A DNA stretch of 64,000 nucleotides, taken from assembly GCA_040385465.1 (NCBI GenBank), contig JAZKHH010000009.1:1449-65448 (forward strand). The letters are read 5' to 3'. The position numbers and the translations under genes were made by a program. The notes under the pieces were generated by a model that saw only the letters and a list, made by a program, of their open reading frames with translations, did not search any database and was not told where the DNA came from. Below are positions 38,905 to 52,239 of the stretch, one piece after another. The stretch comes from Pseudomonadota bacterium (GTDB lineage: Bacteria; Pseudomonadota; Gammaproteobacteria; Burkholderiales; Burkholderiaceae_C). The first letter of the stretch is position 1; each line of letters opens with the position of its first letter.

Positions 38905-40938
38905 ATGGGTTCATTGATGTCGATCGGCGTGACCGCCCTGAACGCCAACTACGCGGCGCTGCAGGCCACCGGCCACAACATCGCCAACGCCAACACGCAG
39001 GGCTACTCGCGGCAGTCGGTCGATTTGGAGACCGCCGGCGGGCAGTTCACCGGCGCCGGCTTCTTCGGCAACGGCGTCAACGTGTCTACCGTGGTGCGGG
39101 CGCACAACGACTTCCTCACCCGCGAAGCGTCGATCACCCGCTCGCTGGCCGCGGCAGACGCCACCCGCACCGCCCAACTCGAGCAGCTGGAGAAAGTCTT
39201 TGGCTTGGGCGAAGCCGGCATCGGCAATGCCGCCGGCCAGTTGTTCAATTCCTTCGTCGACGTGGTCAACAAGCCGCAGGACTCGTCCGCCCGCCAGGTG
39301 GTGCTGTCCCGTGCGGGCGAGCTGGCACAGCGCTTCCGGGCATCGTTTGACCGCATCGAGGCCTTGCAGACCGGCGTCACGCAGGACCTGAAGGTGTCGG
39401 TGTCGGGCATCAATGTGCTGACGGCGGAAATTGCGTCGCTGAACGACAAGATCTCCCGCGTGCATGGCTCCGGCCAGGAACCCAATGACCTGCTGGACCA
39501 GCGCGACCTGGCCTTGAGCAAGCTCAGCGAGCTGGTGCAGATCACCACCCTGGCCGCGGACGACGGCACCCTCAGCGTGTTCATGGGCGGCGGTCAGCAG
39601 TTGGTGCTGGGCAACAAGGCCGGCACCTTGGTGGCCTCCAGCAACGTCTACGACTCGACCAAGGTGCAGATCGGCCTGCGCGACGGCGCGGGCGAGCGCT
39701 TGCTGCCCGACGACCTGTTCACCGGCGGCTCGGTGGCCGGTTTGCTGCGCTTCCAGCAAACCGACATCACCGACGCCCGCAACTTCCTCGGCCAGATGGC
39801 CACTGCCATCAGCTACCGCTTGAACGAGCAGCAGTCGCTGGGCCTGGACCTGGGCTCTGCCAGCAGCGGTGCGGCGATCTTCTCGATCAACGAGAGCCGG
39901 GTGCTGGCCAACGCGCGCAATGCCACGGCGGGCGGGTTGCCGGTGGCCTCCTACATCAATGCCAACGGCAGCCTGGCCAGCAGCGTCAGCGTGAGCGTGA
40001 ACGACGCCTCGGAACTGCGGGCCAGCGACTACGAGCTGACGGTCCTGCCCGGCGCGCCGGGTGGCCCCTACCAGCTGACCCGCCTGAGCGACAACCTGCA
40101 GCGCAGTGTCAACGCCGGCGACGTGATCGACGGCTTCACGCTGAACATCGAGGCCTCGGCGTTGCCCGCGCCTGGCGACAAGTTCTTGCTGCAGCCTGTG
40201 GGCCAAGGGGCCCGCAGCATGCAGCTGGCGCTCAGCGACCCGCGCGGCATCGCCGCCGCCGCACCCGTCACCGCCACCAGCGGCGTCGACAACGTCGGCA
40301 CGGTGCAGGTCGGCCGCATCCAGGCCGTCACCGCCGACACCGCCAGCCCCGCCCTCACTGCCCGCATTGCGTTCACCGACGACAACGGCGGCTACAGCTG
40401 GGAGGTGGTCGACAGCAACAACGTCGTGCAGGGCAGCGGCACCGCCACCTGGCAGCCTGGCATGGCCATCCGCAGCCAGGACTGGGTGCCGGCCGTGCCC
40501 GCGCAACGCAACGATTGGGAGATGGTGCTCACCGGCGTGCCGCGCAGTGGCGACATGTTGACCGTGGAGCCCACCCGCTACCCGGCCGCCAACAACGGCA
40601 ATGCCGCCGCCATGCTGGCCATGCGCGACGAACAGATGGTGGGCCGCGAAACCCGCGCCGGCCCGCCGCTGGTCGTCATTCCCGGCAGCTCCATGACCGA
40701 CGCCTACGCCAACGCCTTGGCGGACATCGGCGTGCGCGTGCAGGGTGCCCGCTCCGCGGCCACCCAGTCCCAGGCCATTGCCGCTGACGTGCAGTCGCAG
40801 CTGTCCAGCGCCACCGGGGTGAACCTGGACGAAGAAGCGGCGCGGCTGATCCAGTACCAGCAGAGCTACCAAGCCTCGGCCAAGGTGCTGCAGATCGCCC
40901 AATCGCTGCTCGACACCTTGCTGCAAGTTGCCCGTTGA
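38905..40938 (+). CDS. flgK: Hook-filament junction protein 1 FlgK
   Basis: IGVTALNANYAALQATGHNIANANTQGYSRQ... and a C-terminal VNLDEEAARLIQYQQSYQASAKVLQIAQSLLDTLL. Confidence 0.92.
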   Translation: MGSLMSIGVTALNANYAALQATGHNIANANTQGYSRQSVDLETAGGQFTGAGFFGNGVNVSTVVRAHNDFLTREASITRSLAAADATRTAQLEQLEKVFGLGEAGIGNAAGQLFNSFVDVVNKPQDSSARQVVLSRAGELAQRFRASFDRIEALQTGVTQDLKVSVSGINVLTAEIASLNDKISRVHGSGQEPNDLLDQRDLALSKLSELVQITTLAADDGTLSVFMGGGQQLVLGNKAGTLVASSNVYDSTKVQIGLRDGAGERLLPDDLFTGGSVAGLLRFQQTDITDARNFLGQMATAISYRLNEQQSLGLDLGSASSGAAIFSINESRVLANARNATAGGLPVASYINANGSLASSVSVSVNDASELRASDYELTVLPGAPGGPYQLTRLSDNLQRSVNAGDVIDGFTLNIEASALPAPGDKFLLQPVGQGARSMQLALSDPRGIAAAAPVTATSGVDNVGTVQVGRIQAVTADTASPALTARIAFTDDNGGYSWEVVDSNNVVQGSGTATWQPGMAIRSQDWVPAVPAQRNDWEMVLTGVPRSGDMLTVEPTRYPAANNGNAAAMLAMRDEQMVGRETRAGPPLVVIPGSSMTDAYANALADIGVRVQGARSAATQSQAIAADVQSQLSSATGVNLDEEAARLIQYQQSYQASAKVLQIAQSLLDTLLQVAR

Positions 40939-40964
40939 GTTCGTTGACCTGAAGAGAGTCCACC

Positions 40965-42179
40965 ATGCGCGTCACCACATCCAATGCTTTTGAAGCCGGT
41001 CTGGACACCCTGACCCGGCGGCAGACCGAGCTGAGCGAAGCCCAAGAGCGGCTGATCACCGGCAAGCGCGTCAACAAAGCCAGCGACGACCCGGCCGCGG
41101 CCGCCCGTGCCGAGCGCGCCTTGGCCAACATCAACCGCAGCGACGCCAGCCTGCGCGCGGTGGACGCCAGCCGCAGCGTGATGGCGCAAACCGAAAGCTC
41201 CCTGGCCGATGCCGGTGACTTGATGCAAGAAGCCCGTGAGGTGATGGTCGCCGCCGGCAACGCCAGCTACAGCGACGCCGAGCGTGCCGGCCTGGCCAAC
41301 CGCCTCAAGGACATCCGCAGCCAGTTGTTCGCGGTGGCCAACCGCACCGACGGTGCCGGCAGCTACTTGTTCGGCGGGCAGGGCTCGACCCAGCCGCCGT
41401 TCGTCGAGACCACCACCGGCGTGCAGTTTTTCGGCACCCTGGGCGAAATTCAAGGCGAGCAGGACACCGCGCTGCCGCTGTCGACCGACGGCTCCGGTGC
41501 CTGGCTGAGCGCCCGCTCGGGCAACGGCATCTTCGTGACCAGTGCCAACCCGGCGGTGACCGGTTCCTGGATCAGCGGTGGCAGCGTGACCGACACCGCC
41601 ACCTACTTCGCCACCCCGCCGTCTGACTATTCCATCGACTTCACCGGCCCCACCACCTACGACATCACCCGCACTCAAGTAGATCCGCCCGGGGCGCCGG
41701 CCGTGGTCGTGGCGGGCGCCACCTTCACGCCCGGTTCCGCCATCCAGATCGACGGCCTGTCGGTCGTGGTGCAAGGCACCCCTGTGGCCGGGGACCAGTT
41801 CCAGGTGACCCCGTCAACGGCCAATCTCAGCATCTTCGACGTGCTGGATCAGGCGGTGGCCACCCTGACCACCCCCAACCGCACGGGCGCCCAGGTGGCC
41901 CAGGCCAATGGCGATAACCTGCGCAACATCGACGCCGCCATGGGCAACATGCTGCTGTCGCGTTCACGCGCCGGCGATGTGTTGAACCGGATCGACGTGG
42001 AAACCGGCCGCATCGGCGACCAAAAGCTGGCCAGCCAGGTCGAACGTTCGGCAGCCGAGGATTTGGACCTGGTTGCCGCGGTTTCTGACTTCAAGAACCA
42101 GCAAACCGGCTACGATGCAGCCCTGAAGTCTTACGCCATGGTGCAGCGCCTGTCGCTGTTCCAGTACCTCAACGGCTGA
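40965..42179 (+). CDS. flgL: Hook-filament junction protein 3 FlgL
   Basis: MRVTTSNAFEAGLDTLTRRQTELSEAQERLITGKRVNKASDDPAAAARA (flagellin-like N-domain) and a C-terminal FKNQQTGYDAALKSYAMVQRLSLFQYL. Confidence 0.9.
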   Translation: MRVTTSNAFEAGLDTLTRRQTELSEAQERLITGKRVNKASDDPAAAARAERALANINRSDASLRAVDASRSVMAQTESSLADAGDLMQEAREVMVAAGNASYSDAERAGLANRLKDIRSQLFAVANRTDGAGSYLFGGQGSTQPPFVETTTGVQFFGTLGEIQGEQDTALPLSTDGSGAWLSARSGNGIFVTSANPAVTGSWISGGSVTDTATYFATPPSDYSIDFTGPTTYDITRTQVDPPGAPAVVVAGATFTPGSAIQIDGLSVVVQGTPVAGDQFQVTPSTANLSIFDVLDQAVATLTTPNRTGAQVAQANGDNLRNIDAAMGNMLLSRSRAGDVLNRIDVETGRIGDQKLASQVERSAAEDLDLVAAVSDFKNQQTGYDAALKSYAMVQRLSLFQYLNG

Positions 42180-42251
42180 TCAACCACCGGCCAGACGTCG
42201 TCTCGCGGAGGCCGCAAGTTCCCGGGCCCTGCCTTTCATGGGAGAGTTTGC

Positions 42252-43457
42252 GTGCTGGACATCGCCATTCTGGGTCAAGTGGCCCTGGGTTATTCGCCGT
42301 ACATCGACGTCAAACGCGCCGTCACCGCCACTCGCCTGACAGTCTTTCCGATCAAGCCCGACGCGGTGCTCGACGTGTCCCAGCTGCTGCTGGCCGTGGG
42401 CGGTGTGTGGCCCGCAGATGGTGGGCGGGTCTCGCTCAACGTGGCCAGCGAAACCCTGTTGCACGACTTGCTCAATGCGCAACCTTCGGCCAACTTGATG
42501 GTGGAGGTGCCCGCCTTCATGGCCTGCGATCCGGACAACGTCGCCGCCATCCAGGCCCTCAGCGCCAATGGCAACGTGCTGTTGCTCAAAGGCCGCCCGC
42601 TGCAGGAGCTGCCACGCGAGCTGCTGCAATGTTTCAAATACTCGATCATCGATTTCTCCGACGACCGCCGTCTGGGCGAGGTGACCGCGCCGGTCGGTGC
42701 CCCCCGGGTGCTGCAACACGTGCAGGCTGGCGTGCGTTCCATCGCCGACATGGAACTCAGTTTCAGCCGCAACGCCGTGGCCGTGATCGGCTGGCCAATT
42801 GATGACGCCATCACCACGTCCAACGCTGGCGAGAGCACGGGGGGCTCGCAAACCGATTTGCAGGTGATCGTCGAGTTGATCCACCGGGTGGACCAGCAAG
42901 AACCGATCGACAAACTGGAGCAGACCCTCAAACGCGATCCGTCCCTGGCGTTCAAGCTGATGCGCTACATCAACTCGCCGGCCTTTGGCTTGCGGGTGGA
43001 GATCAGCTCCTTCCGCCACGCCATCATGATGCTTGGCTACCAGCGCCTCAAGCGATGGCTGGCCTTGCTGCTGGCCACGGCCAGCCGCGACCCGAACCTC
43101 AAGCCGGTGATGTTTGCGGCGGTGCGGCGTGGGTTGATGATGGAAGAGCTCGGGCGCGGCTCGGGCGACGAGGAAATGCGCGGTGAAATGTTCATCTGTG
43201 GCGTGTTCTCCCTGCTCGATCGCATGTTCAAGCAGCCCTTCGCCGAGCTGCTCAAGACCATTCCGGTGCCTGAGCGGGTGATGCAGGCCCTGGCCGATGA
43301 GTCCGGCCCGTTCCACCCTTACATGGAAGTGGTGCGGGCCATCGAAGCGGAGTCGCTCTACGATTTCCGCTTGGCGGCCGACCAACTGATGATGAGCGTG
43401 GACGAAATCAACCGCGCCCAGCTGCGGGCCCTGACCGCGGCCGCCCAGCTCGAATGA
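42252..43457 (+). CDS. HDOD domain protein with a degenerate EAL-like N-terminal domain (YuxH/COG3434-like architecture)
   Basis: GTG start behind a GGGAGAG SD. The C-half LEQTLKRDPSLAFKLMRYINSPAFGLRVEISSFRHAIMMLGYQRLKRWLALLLA... is HDOD-like. In the N-half (~200 aa) I could not find the EAL or DFG(T/A)GYSS motifs. Confidence 0.75.
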   Translation: MLDIAILGQVALGYSPYIDVKRAVTATRLTVFPIKPDAVLDVSQLLLAVGGVWPADGGRVSLNVASETLLHDLLNAQPSANLMVEVPAFMACDPDNVAAIQALSANGNVLLLKGRPLQELPRELLQCFKYSIIDFSDDRRLGEVTAPVGAPRVLQHVQAGVRSIADMELSFSRNAVAVIGWPIDDAITTSNAGESTGGSQTDLQVIVELIHRVDQQEPIDKLEQTLKRDPSLAFKLMRYINSPAFGLRVEISSFRHAIMMLGYQRLKRWLALLLATASRDPNLKPVMFAAVRRGLMMEELGRGSGDEEMRGEMFICGVFSLLDRMFKQPFAELLKTIPVPERVMQALADESGPFHPYMEVVRAIEAESLYDFRLAADQLMMSVDEINRAQLRALTAAAQLE

Positions 43458-43520
43458 CGGCGAAGGCGAACCGACGCCAAGCGCCACCCCGAGCTTCCAC
43501 CTGCCGCGCGACAGCCTGAC

Positions 43521-46500
43521 ATGAGCACCTTGCTGCGGCCTCAGAACACCTGGACCAACGCCCAGCCGCTGCGCCAGCTTTTCGATCACCTGTCCGACCC
43601 GGTGCTGGTGTTCGACCGCTATGGCGCCCTGAACTTTGCCAATTCGGCGGCGCTGCGCCTGCTCGGATGCGAGCCCGGCCAGTTCATTGGCGGCTTGGCC
43701 CCCTGTTTGGGCGAGCCGGCCACCACCTGGCTGCGCCGCGCTTTGCTGGGTCCGAAACCGGGCGGCCTGTTGCCGGCTGCGCGGCTGGCCGACGGGCGCA
43801 ACGCTTCATTGGTGTGGCAGGCGCTGGGCCCGAGCCACTGGGTGCTGCACCTGGGCGGCGTGCCCGCCGGGGTCGCCCCGGACCACGCCGACAAGCGCGC
43901 TGCCGGCTCACCGGCCCAGGCGCCGGTGGTGACCGGGGAGGTCGTCAACGACCTGTTGAAGGTGCTCTGGGATTCACCCTTTCCCGTCGCCTTGTTGGAC
44001 GCGGCTTTTCGGATTGTCGACGTCAACACGCCATGGGGCGAGTTCATCGGCCAAGGCCGTGAGGCCCTGATCGGCCAGGATCCGCTGCAATGGCGCTCAC
44101 CAGAAGACCAGGCGGCGCTGCGCCGGGTGCGCGACACCCTGCACCAAGACGACGGCGGCCGCCTGCCCAACGCCTGGCTGGCAGGCCGGCTGCTCGCAAC
44201 CGATGGCCGGGAGCGCTGGTACCGCGCCGCCTACCGCGTGCTGGAAGACGCCGCAGGCCAGCGGTTCTTCCTGGAAATCCTGCAGGACGAGACCGCCGAA
44301 CACGTGGCCCGCGAGCGGGCCGACCGGTCCGCCCGTGAGCTGGACGACTGGTTCGAGCTCAGTCCGGTCGGCATGGTGCTGTTCGATGAAACCGGGTTGC
44401 TGATTCGCACCAACCCCGCTTTTGAGGCTTCGGTGGGCACCTTGCCCGTGGCCTTGCCCCAGGCGCCGCTGGGCCTGCAAAAACTGCTGGCTTGGAACGA
44501 AGGTGCCTTGCAGGCCCTGCAGCCGGGCCAGGCGGCCCTGGTGCGCGAAGGCTGGATTCCCCACGCCGACGGCAGCATGCGCCGCTTGCGTGGCAGCGTG
44601 CGCTGCTACCGGGCTGCAGGGGGCCTGCGCCGCTTCATGGCCGTGGCCGAAGACCGCAGCCTGGAAGAAGAACGCGAGCTGGCCCAGGTGCAGATCGGGG
44701 CCTTGATGAACACCGCTGGCGTGGGCCTGGCCACCTTCCAGGACCACAGCGGCGCCTGGGGGCTGAAAGGCCAACGGCCCACCCTGGCCTCGCTGTCGTC
44801 CTCCATCCGGCCAGGCGCACCCTTGGGCGGCACCGCCAAACCAGCGTCTTCGGCCGGTGAGTTGCAAAGCATCCAGCGCGAGATGGTGCTGCCCGAGTCC
44901 CTGGCCGAGTTCGACAAGATGCAGCAGGCCCTGCGCGAGGCGCGGCGGGCCGAAGTGCGTTATGCCATCCAGCACCCCGAACTGGGCATGCGGTGGCTCT
45001 CGACGCGGGTCGAGCCCGCGGTGCTGGCCTCCGGCAAACGCACCACCTCCGTCGTCACCCTGGACATCACCGAGCAGCAGGAACTGCTCAACGAGCTGTC
45101 CACCATTCTCGAGAGCACCACCGCCGGCATTGCTTACATCCGAGGTGACAAGCTGGTGCGCTGCAACCTGCGCTTCCAGGTCATGCTTGGGCTCAACGGC
45201 AAGCCGGTGGCCGGGCGCACCGTCCAAGAGCTGTTCGGCCCCCATCCGCTGGCCGCCAAGATCGCGGCCGACACCCTCCAGGCGCTGGGTGAGGGCTCGA
45301 CCTACGAGACCGAGTTCCAGGTGCCGCGCGCCGCTTCCGCCGATCCGGTGGCCCCCCAGTGGTATGCGCTGTCGGTGCGCCGCACCGGCAGCAGCAAAAC
45401 CCATGTGGAGGCCATTGCGCTGCTGTCCGACATCACCCGGCTCAAACTGCAGCAGCGTGAGCTCGAAGTGCTGGTCCGCGACCGCGAGCTGATGTTCAAC
45501 CTGTCAGAAGTGGGCATTGCGTTCGTGCGCCATGACAGCATCGAGCGCGCCAACGACGCCTTGTCCAAGATGTCCGGTTATTCGGTGGACGAGCTCAAGC
45601 GGCTTCCCCTGCGGCAGCTCTTCATCGGCAACGCGCCGGACGCCGAAGCCACGTTGCGCAACCGCGGGCGCTGGATGGGCGAGCACCCGCTGCGCCGCCG
45701 CGATGGCCGCTTGATGTGGGTGCAGGTCAGCAACCGCCTGGTGTCGGCCAACGACCCCACGGCCGGCTTCATTGCCTCCTACGTCAACGTCGACGCCCGC
45801 CACCGCGCCGAGCAGGCGGTGGTGCTGCAGGCCGAGCGCACCCGCGCCATCCTCGACTCGGTGCTGGTGGGCATCGTCACCGTGGGCCCCGGCGGCATCG
45901 AGTGGATGAACCGGTCGGCCCGGCGCATGTTCGGCGGCGATTTGGTCGACTTCATGAACTTGCCCATCAGCACGGTGGCCACCCCCGAGTCCGACCACCC
46001 GTTCCGCCGCACCCAGTACCTCGACGAGCTGATCGAAGGCGAGGCTGAAACCTTCGAGTGCCGCGTCAAGGCGCGCGATGGGCGCGAGTTCTGGGTGGTG
46101 GGCAACGCTGTGGTCACCAGCAGCGAGACCTCTGGCCGCCAGCTCACCTACGCTTTGTTGGACATCGAGCGCCGCCGCCAGGCCGAGGCCCGCATCGCCG
46201 AAGCGCAGGCGTCCATGCAGTTGATCATCGAAGCCGCTCCACTGGCCATCATTTTGTGGGACGCGGCGACGCTGAGGATCCTGCAGATCAACACCGTGGC
46301 CGCCCGCTTGCTCAATCGCACCGTGGTCGACTGCATCGGGCTGTCATTGGAAGAGGCCTGCCCGCCCGGCATGGCCGCCATGCTGCGCCCCGACCTGCAC
46401 ACCGTGCTCCAAGGCGCAAGCCCGGCGCAACGGGAATACCAGATTCCGCTCGAAGGCGAGCCACGCACCTGGGACGCGCGCTACCTGCCGCTGGCCACGC

Positions 46501-47261
46501 TGGACCAGGCACCCGACAAGCTGCTGCTGGTGGCCTCGGACATCACCGAACAACAGGTCGCCCAACAGGCCAAGCTCGACGCCGCCATTCAGCAACGGGA
46601 GATGCTGGTGCGCGAAGTGCACCACCGCATCAAGAACAACCTGCAAGGCGTGGCCGGGTTGCTGCAGCAGATCGCACAGCGCAAGCCCGAGGTGGCCAGC
46701 GTCATTTTTGAGGTCGTCGGCCAGGTGCAGGCCATTGCCCAGGTGTACGGCCTGCAGGTGGGCGTGACCGGGCCGCTGCGCCTGGTCAGTGTGCTCGAGG
46801 CCATTGCCGGTTCGGTGCAGCGCACCTTCGGACGCACCATCCACTTCGAGGCGGTGGGCGAGGCGCCCGGCAGTTGGATCCTGCCAGAGGCCGAGGCCAT
46901 TCCGATCGCGCTCACGGTGAACGAGTTGCTCACCAATGCCATCAAGCACAGTGCCCATGCGCCGCACACGTCGGTGAGTTGCCGCTTCATGGCCGACCGC
47001 ACCGACGGTGTGTGCATCGTGATCGCCAACACGGCGCAGCTGCCCGAGGGCTTCCAATTGGCGCGGGTGCCGGGTGGGGTGTCGGGCTTGGGACTGGTGC
47101 GGGCGTTGATGCCGCGCCGCAGCGCCCAGCTGACGCTCGAGCAGGCGGGGGTTCAGGTGGTGGCCAGCGTGAGCCTGTCGCCCCCCTGCATCAGCCGGTG
47201 GCAAGAGCCGCCAGCGGCGGGGGTCAGTGCACAAGACACCAGCCAACGCGAAGGTGGCTGA
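43521..47261 (+). CDS. Multi-PAS sensor histidine kinase, HisKA_2 (PdtaS/HWE-like) type
   Basis: At least seven PAS-like repeats (e.g. FELSPVGMVLFDETGLLIRTNPAF, ILESTTAGIAYIRGDKLVRCNLRF, ILDSVLVGIVTVGPGGIEWMNRSA, IIEAAPLAIILWDAATLRILQINT). Then the H-box MLVREVHHRIKNNLQGVAGLL and an ATPase region (ALTVNELLTNAIKHS...GLGLVRAL). Confidence 0.88.
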   Translation: MSTLLRPQNTWTNAQPLRQLFDHLSDPVLVFDRYGALNFANSAALRLLGCEPGQFIGGLAPCLGEPATTWLRRALLGPKPGGLLPAARLADGRNASLVWQALGPSHWVLHLGGVPAGVAPDHADKRAAGSPAQAPVVTGEVVNDLLKVLWDSPFPVALLDAAFRIVDVNTPWGEFIGQGREALIGQDPLQWRSPEDQAALRRVRDTLHQDDGGRLPNAWLAGRLLATDGRERWYRAAYRVLEDAAGQRFFLEILQDETAEHVARERADRSARELDDWFELSPVGMVLFDETGLLIRTNPAFEASVGTLPVALPQAPLGLQKLLAWNEGALQALQPGQAALVREGWIPHADGSMRRLRGSVRCYRAAGGLRRFMAVAEDRSLEEERELAQVQIGALMNTAGVGLATFQDHSGAWGLKGQRPTLASLSSSIRPGAPLGGTAKPASSAGELQSIQREMVLPESLAEFDKMQQALREARRAEVRYAIQHPELGMRWLSTRVEPAVLASGKRTTSVVTLDITEQQELLNELSTILESTTAGIAYIRGDKLVRCNLRFQVMLGLNGKPVAGRTVQELFGPHPLAAKIAADTLQALGEGSTYETEFQVPRAASADPVAPQWYALSVRRTGSSKTHVEAIALLSDITRLKLQQRELEVLVRDRELMFNLSEVGIAFVRHDSIERANDALSKMSGYSVDELKRLPLRQLFIGNAPDAEATLRNRGRWMGEHPLRRRDGRLMWVQVSNRLVSANDPTAGFIASYVNVDARHRAEQAVVLQAERTRAILDSVLVGIVTVGPGGIEWMNRSARRMFGGDLVDFMNLPISTVATPESDHPFRRTQYLDELIEGEAETFECRVKARDGREFWVVGNAVVTSSETSGRQLTYALLDIERRRQAEARIAEAQASMQLIIEAAPLAIILWDAATLRILQINTVAARLLNRTVVDCIGLSLEEACPPGMAAMLRPDLHTVLQGASPAQREYQIPLEGEPRTWDARYLPLATLDQAPDKLLLVASDITEQQVAQQAKLDAAIQQREMLVREVHHRIKNNLQGVAGLLQQIAQRKPEVASVIFEVVGQVQAIAQVYGLQVGVTGPLRLVSVLEAIAGSVQRTFGRTIHFEAVGEAPGSWILPEAEAIPIALTVNELLTNAIKHSAHAPHTSVSCRFMADRTDGVCIVIANTAQLPEGFQLARVPGGVSGLGLVRALMPRRSAQLTLEQAGVQVVASVSLSPPCISRWQEPPAAGVSAQDTSQREGG

Positions 47262-47273
47262 CAGGGCACAGAC

Positions 47274-47298
47274 AGCGCTGCCTGGCTCAGCGCTTTTT
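47274..47298 (+). terminator. Rho-independent terminator after the PAS kinase gene
   Basis: AGCGCTG-cctggct-CAGCGCT followed by TTTTgg, 13 nt after the stop. Confidence 0.7.
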
Positions 47299-47549
47299 GG
47301 GTTCAAACGCATCGGTCTTTCGTCGTGTGACCAGGCCTGAACGCGCATGGCCGGGGCAGGGCGCTTGTGCACTGGGCAGCGCCTGCTGAGGCCCCGCAGC
47401 AAGGCACTGGGGCAGTGGCTCCCGCCTGTCCGAGCGATCGATCCTGGTCGGAGCCCAGCCGAATGGGTGTGGGTCGTGCCACCCCGCTGGGGCGCAATCA
47501 AGTACACAATAGGGCCATTCCACTTTGGAAATCTGACGCGCGCGGCATC

Positions 47550-48152
47550 ATGAAAAGCAAAGGCAAAATTCTGGTGGTGGATGACGATCGCCTGGTGCTG
47601 GTGACGCTCAGTCAAGGTTTGTCACAGGCGGGCTACGAGGTTCTGGACGCCGACAACGGCGACGACGCCATCCTGATGGCCCGCCAGCACAAACCCGCTT
47701 TGGCCCTGCTCGACATCCGCATGGAAGGCAAAAGCGGCTTCGAAGTCGCCGCCTACCTGCGCGACTACTGCCAGATTCCCTTCATGTTCCTGTCGGCGTT
47801 CTCCGACGAGGCCACGCTCAAGCAAGTGCAGGCCCTTGGGGCCGTGGCCTACCTGGTCAAGCCGCTCGACATTCGCCAGATCGTGCCGGCGGTCGACAAC
47901 GCCATGGGCCAGCTGCACAACCAACGCCAGGCCCGTGCCGCGGAAGACCTGGCCGTCCCCTCAGCGCCACAAGCCATGCCGCAGGTGGTGGCCATGGCCA
48001 TCGGCGTATTGATGCACCGCTACTCGCTCAGCCGGCTGGCGGCGCTTCAGCGCTTGCAGCGGCTGGCCGACGCCGAGCAACGCCTGCTGGTCGAACAGGC
48101 CGAGCAGGTGCTGCAGGCGGTCGAAGCGCTGGCCAAGCTCGGCGAAGGCTGA
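47550..48152 (+). CDS. Response regulator with ANTAR RNA-binding output domain (PdtaR/AmiR-like)
   Basis: Receiver KILVVDDDRLVLVTL...ALLDIRMEGKSGFEVA...AYLVKPLD, then the ANTAR-like VVAMAIGVLMHRYSLSRLAALQRLQRLADAEQRLLVEQAEQVLQAVE. Confidence 0.85.
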   Translation: MKSKGKILVVDDDRLVLVTLSQGLSQAGYEVLDADNGDDAILMARQHKPALALLDIRMEGKSGFEVAAYLRDYCQIPFMFLSAFSDEATLKQVQALGAVAYLVKPLDIRQIVPAVDNAMGQLHNQRQARAAEDLAVPSAPQAMPQVVAMAIGVLMHRYSLSRLAALQRLQRLADAEQRLLVEQAEQVLQAVEALAKLGEG

Positions 48153-48382
48153 CCACCCTTTCCAATTCGAGCCAACTCGGACAACGGTCGGCCCGGCGCT
48201 GTCACGCCGGGCCTGTCCCCCAACGTCCAGTCGTGATCCCCGAAGGCCGATGCGGCTTGTGCGGCTCCTGCGCTGCGCTGGCAACGACAGGACAACGCCA
48301 CGCCATTGACGCCGCCCGGTCAGCACGCACTCAACACCGTTCAGCGCGGCTGTGCGCTTTTCTGAGCGCCGCTCCACAGGCG

Positions 48383-48616
48383 CTAATTCAGGTAACTTTC
48401 GACCGTCTCGACGTCTCGAAGGTGGGCCTGGTCTGGGTCCTCGCCGATCGCCCGTTTGGCGCGACGCTGGCGCAACAAGTCCCAGCACTGGTCCAACGCT
48501 TCGGCCAGATGCTGGATGCGCTCACTGTGTTCGGCCGCACGTGCGGTGTTGGCGCGTAAACGCTGCTCTTCCTCGACCAACTCGTTGATGTGCTGGAGAA
48601 GGGTGGTGTCGTTCAT
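48383..48616 (-). CDS. Small conserved protein (DUF2630-like)
   Basis: 77 aa, MNDTTLLQHINELVEEEQRLR...LDQCWDLLRQRRAKRAIGEDPDQA. The QCWDLLRQRRA stretch matches my memory of DUF2630. Confidence 0.55.
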   Translation of the reverse strand: MNDTTLLQHINELVEEEQRLRANTARAAEHSERIQHLAEALDQCWDLLRQRRAKRAIGEDPDQAHLRDVETVESYLN

Positions 48617-48659
48617 GGCGGTGTGTCCTTGCGATCAGAGGCCACCACCGGGGCAAAGC

Positions 48660-52136
<3,477 letters not shown>

Positions 52137-52239
52137 GGGGGAGTGGGGGGAGGGCGAAGGAAAAACGGCCAGGCGCAACGACGCGACTCAGGCGGGATTA
52201 TAGAATTCGGCTCCACCACCTGCCTTTTGCGGTCACCCT

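Noticed and set aside
38911-40926. 671-aa minus-strand ORF
   Set aside because: Antisense shadow of flgK. Same reasoning.
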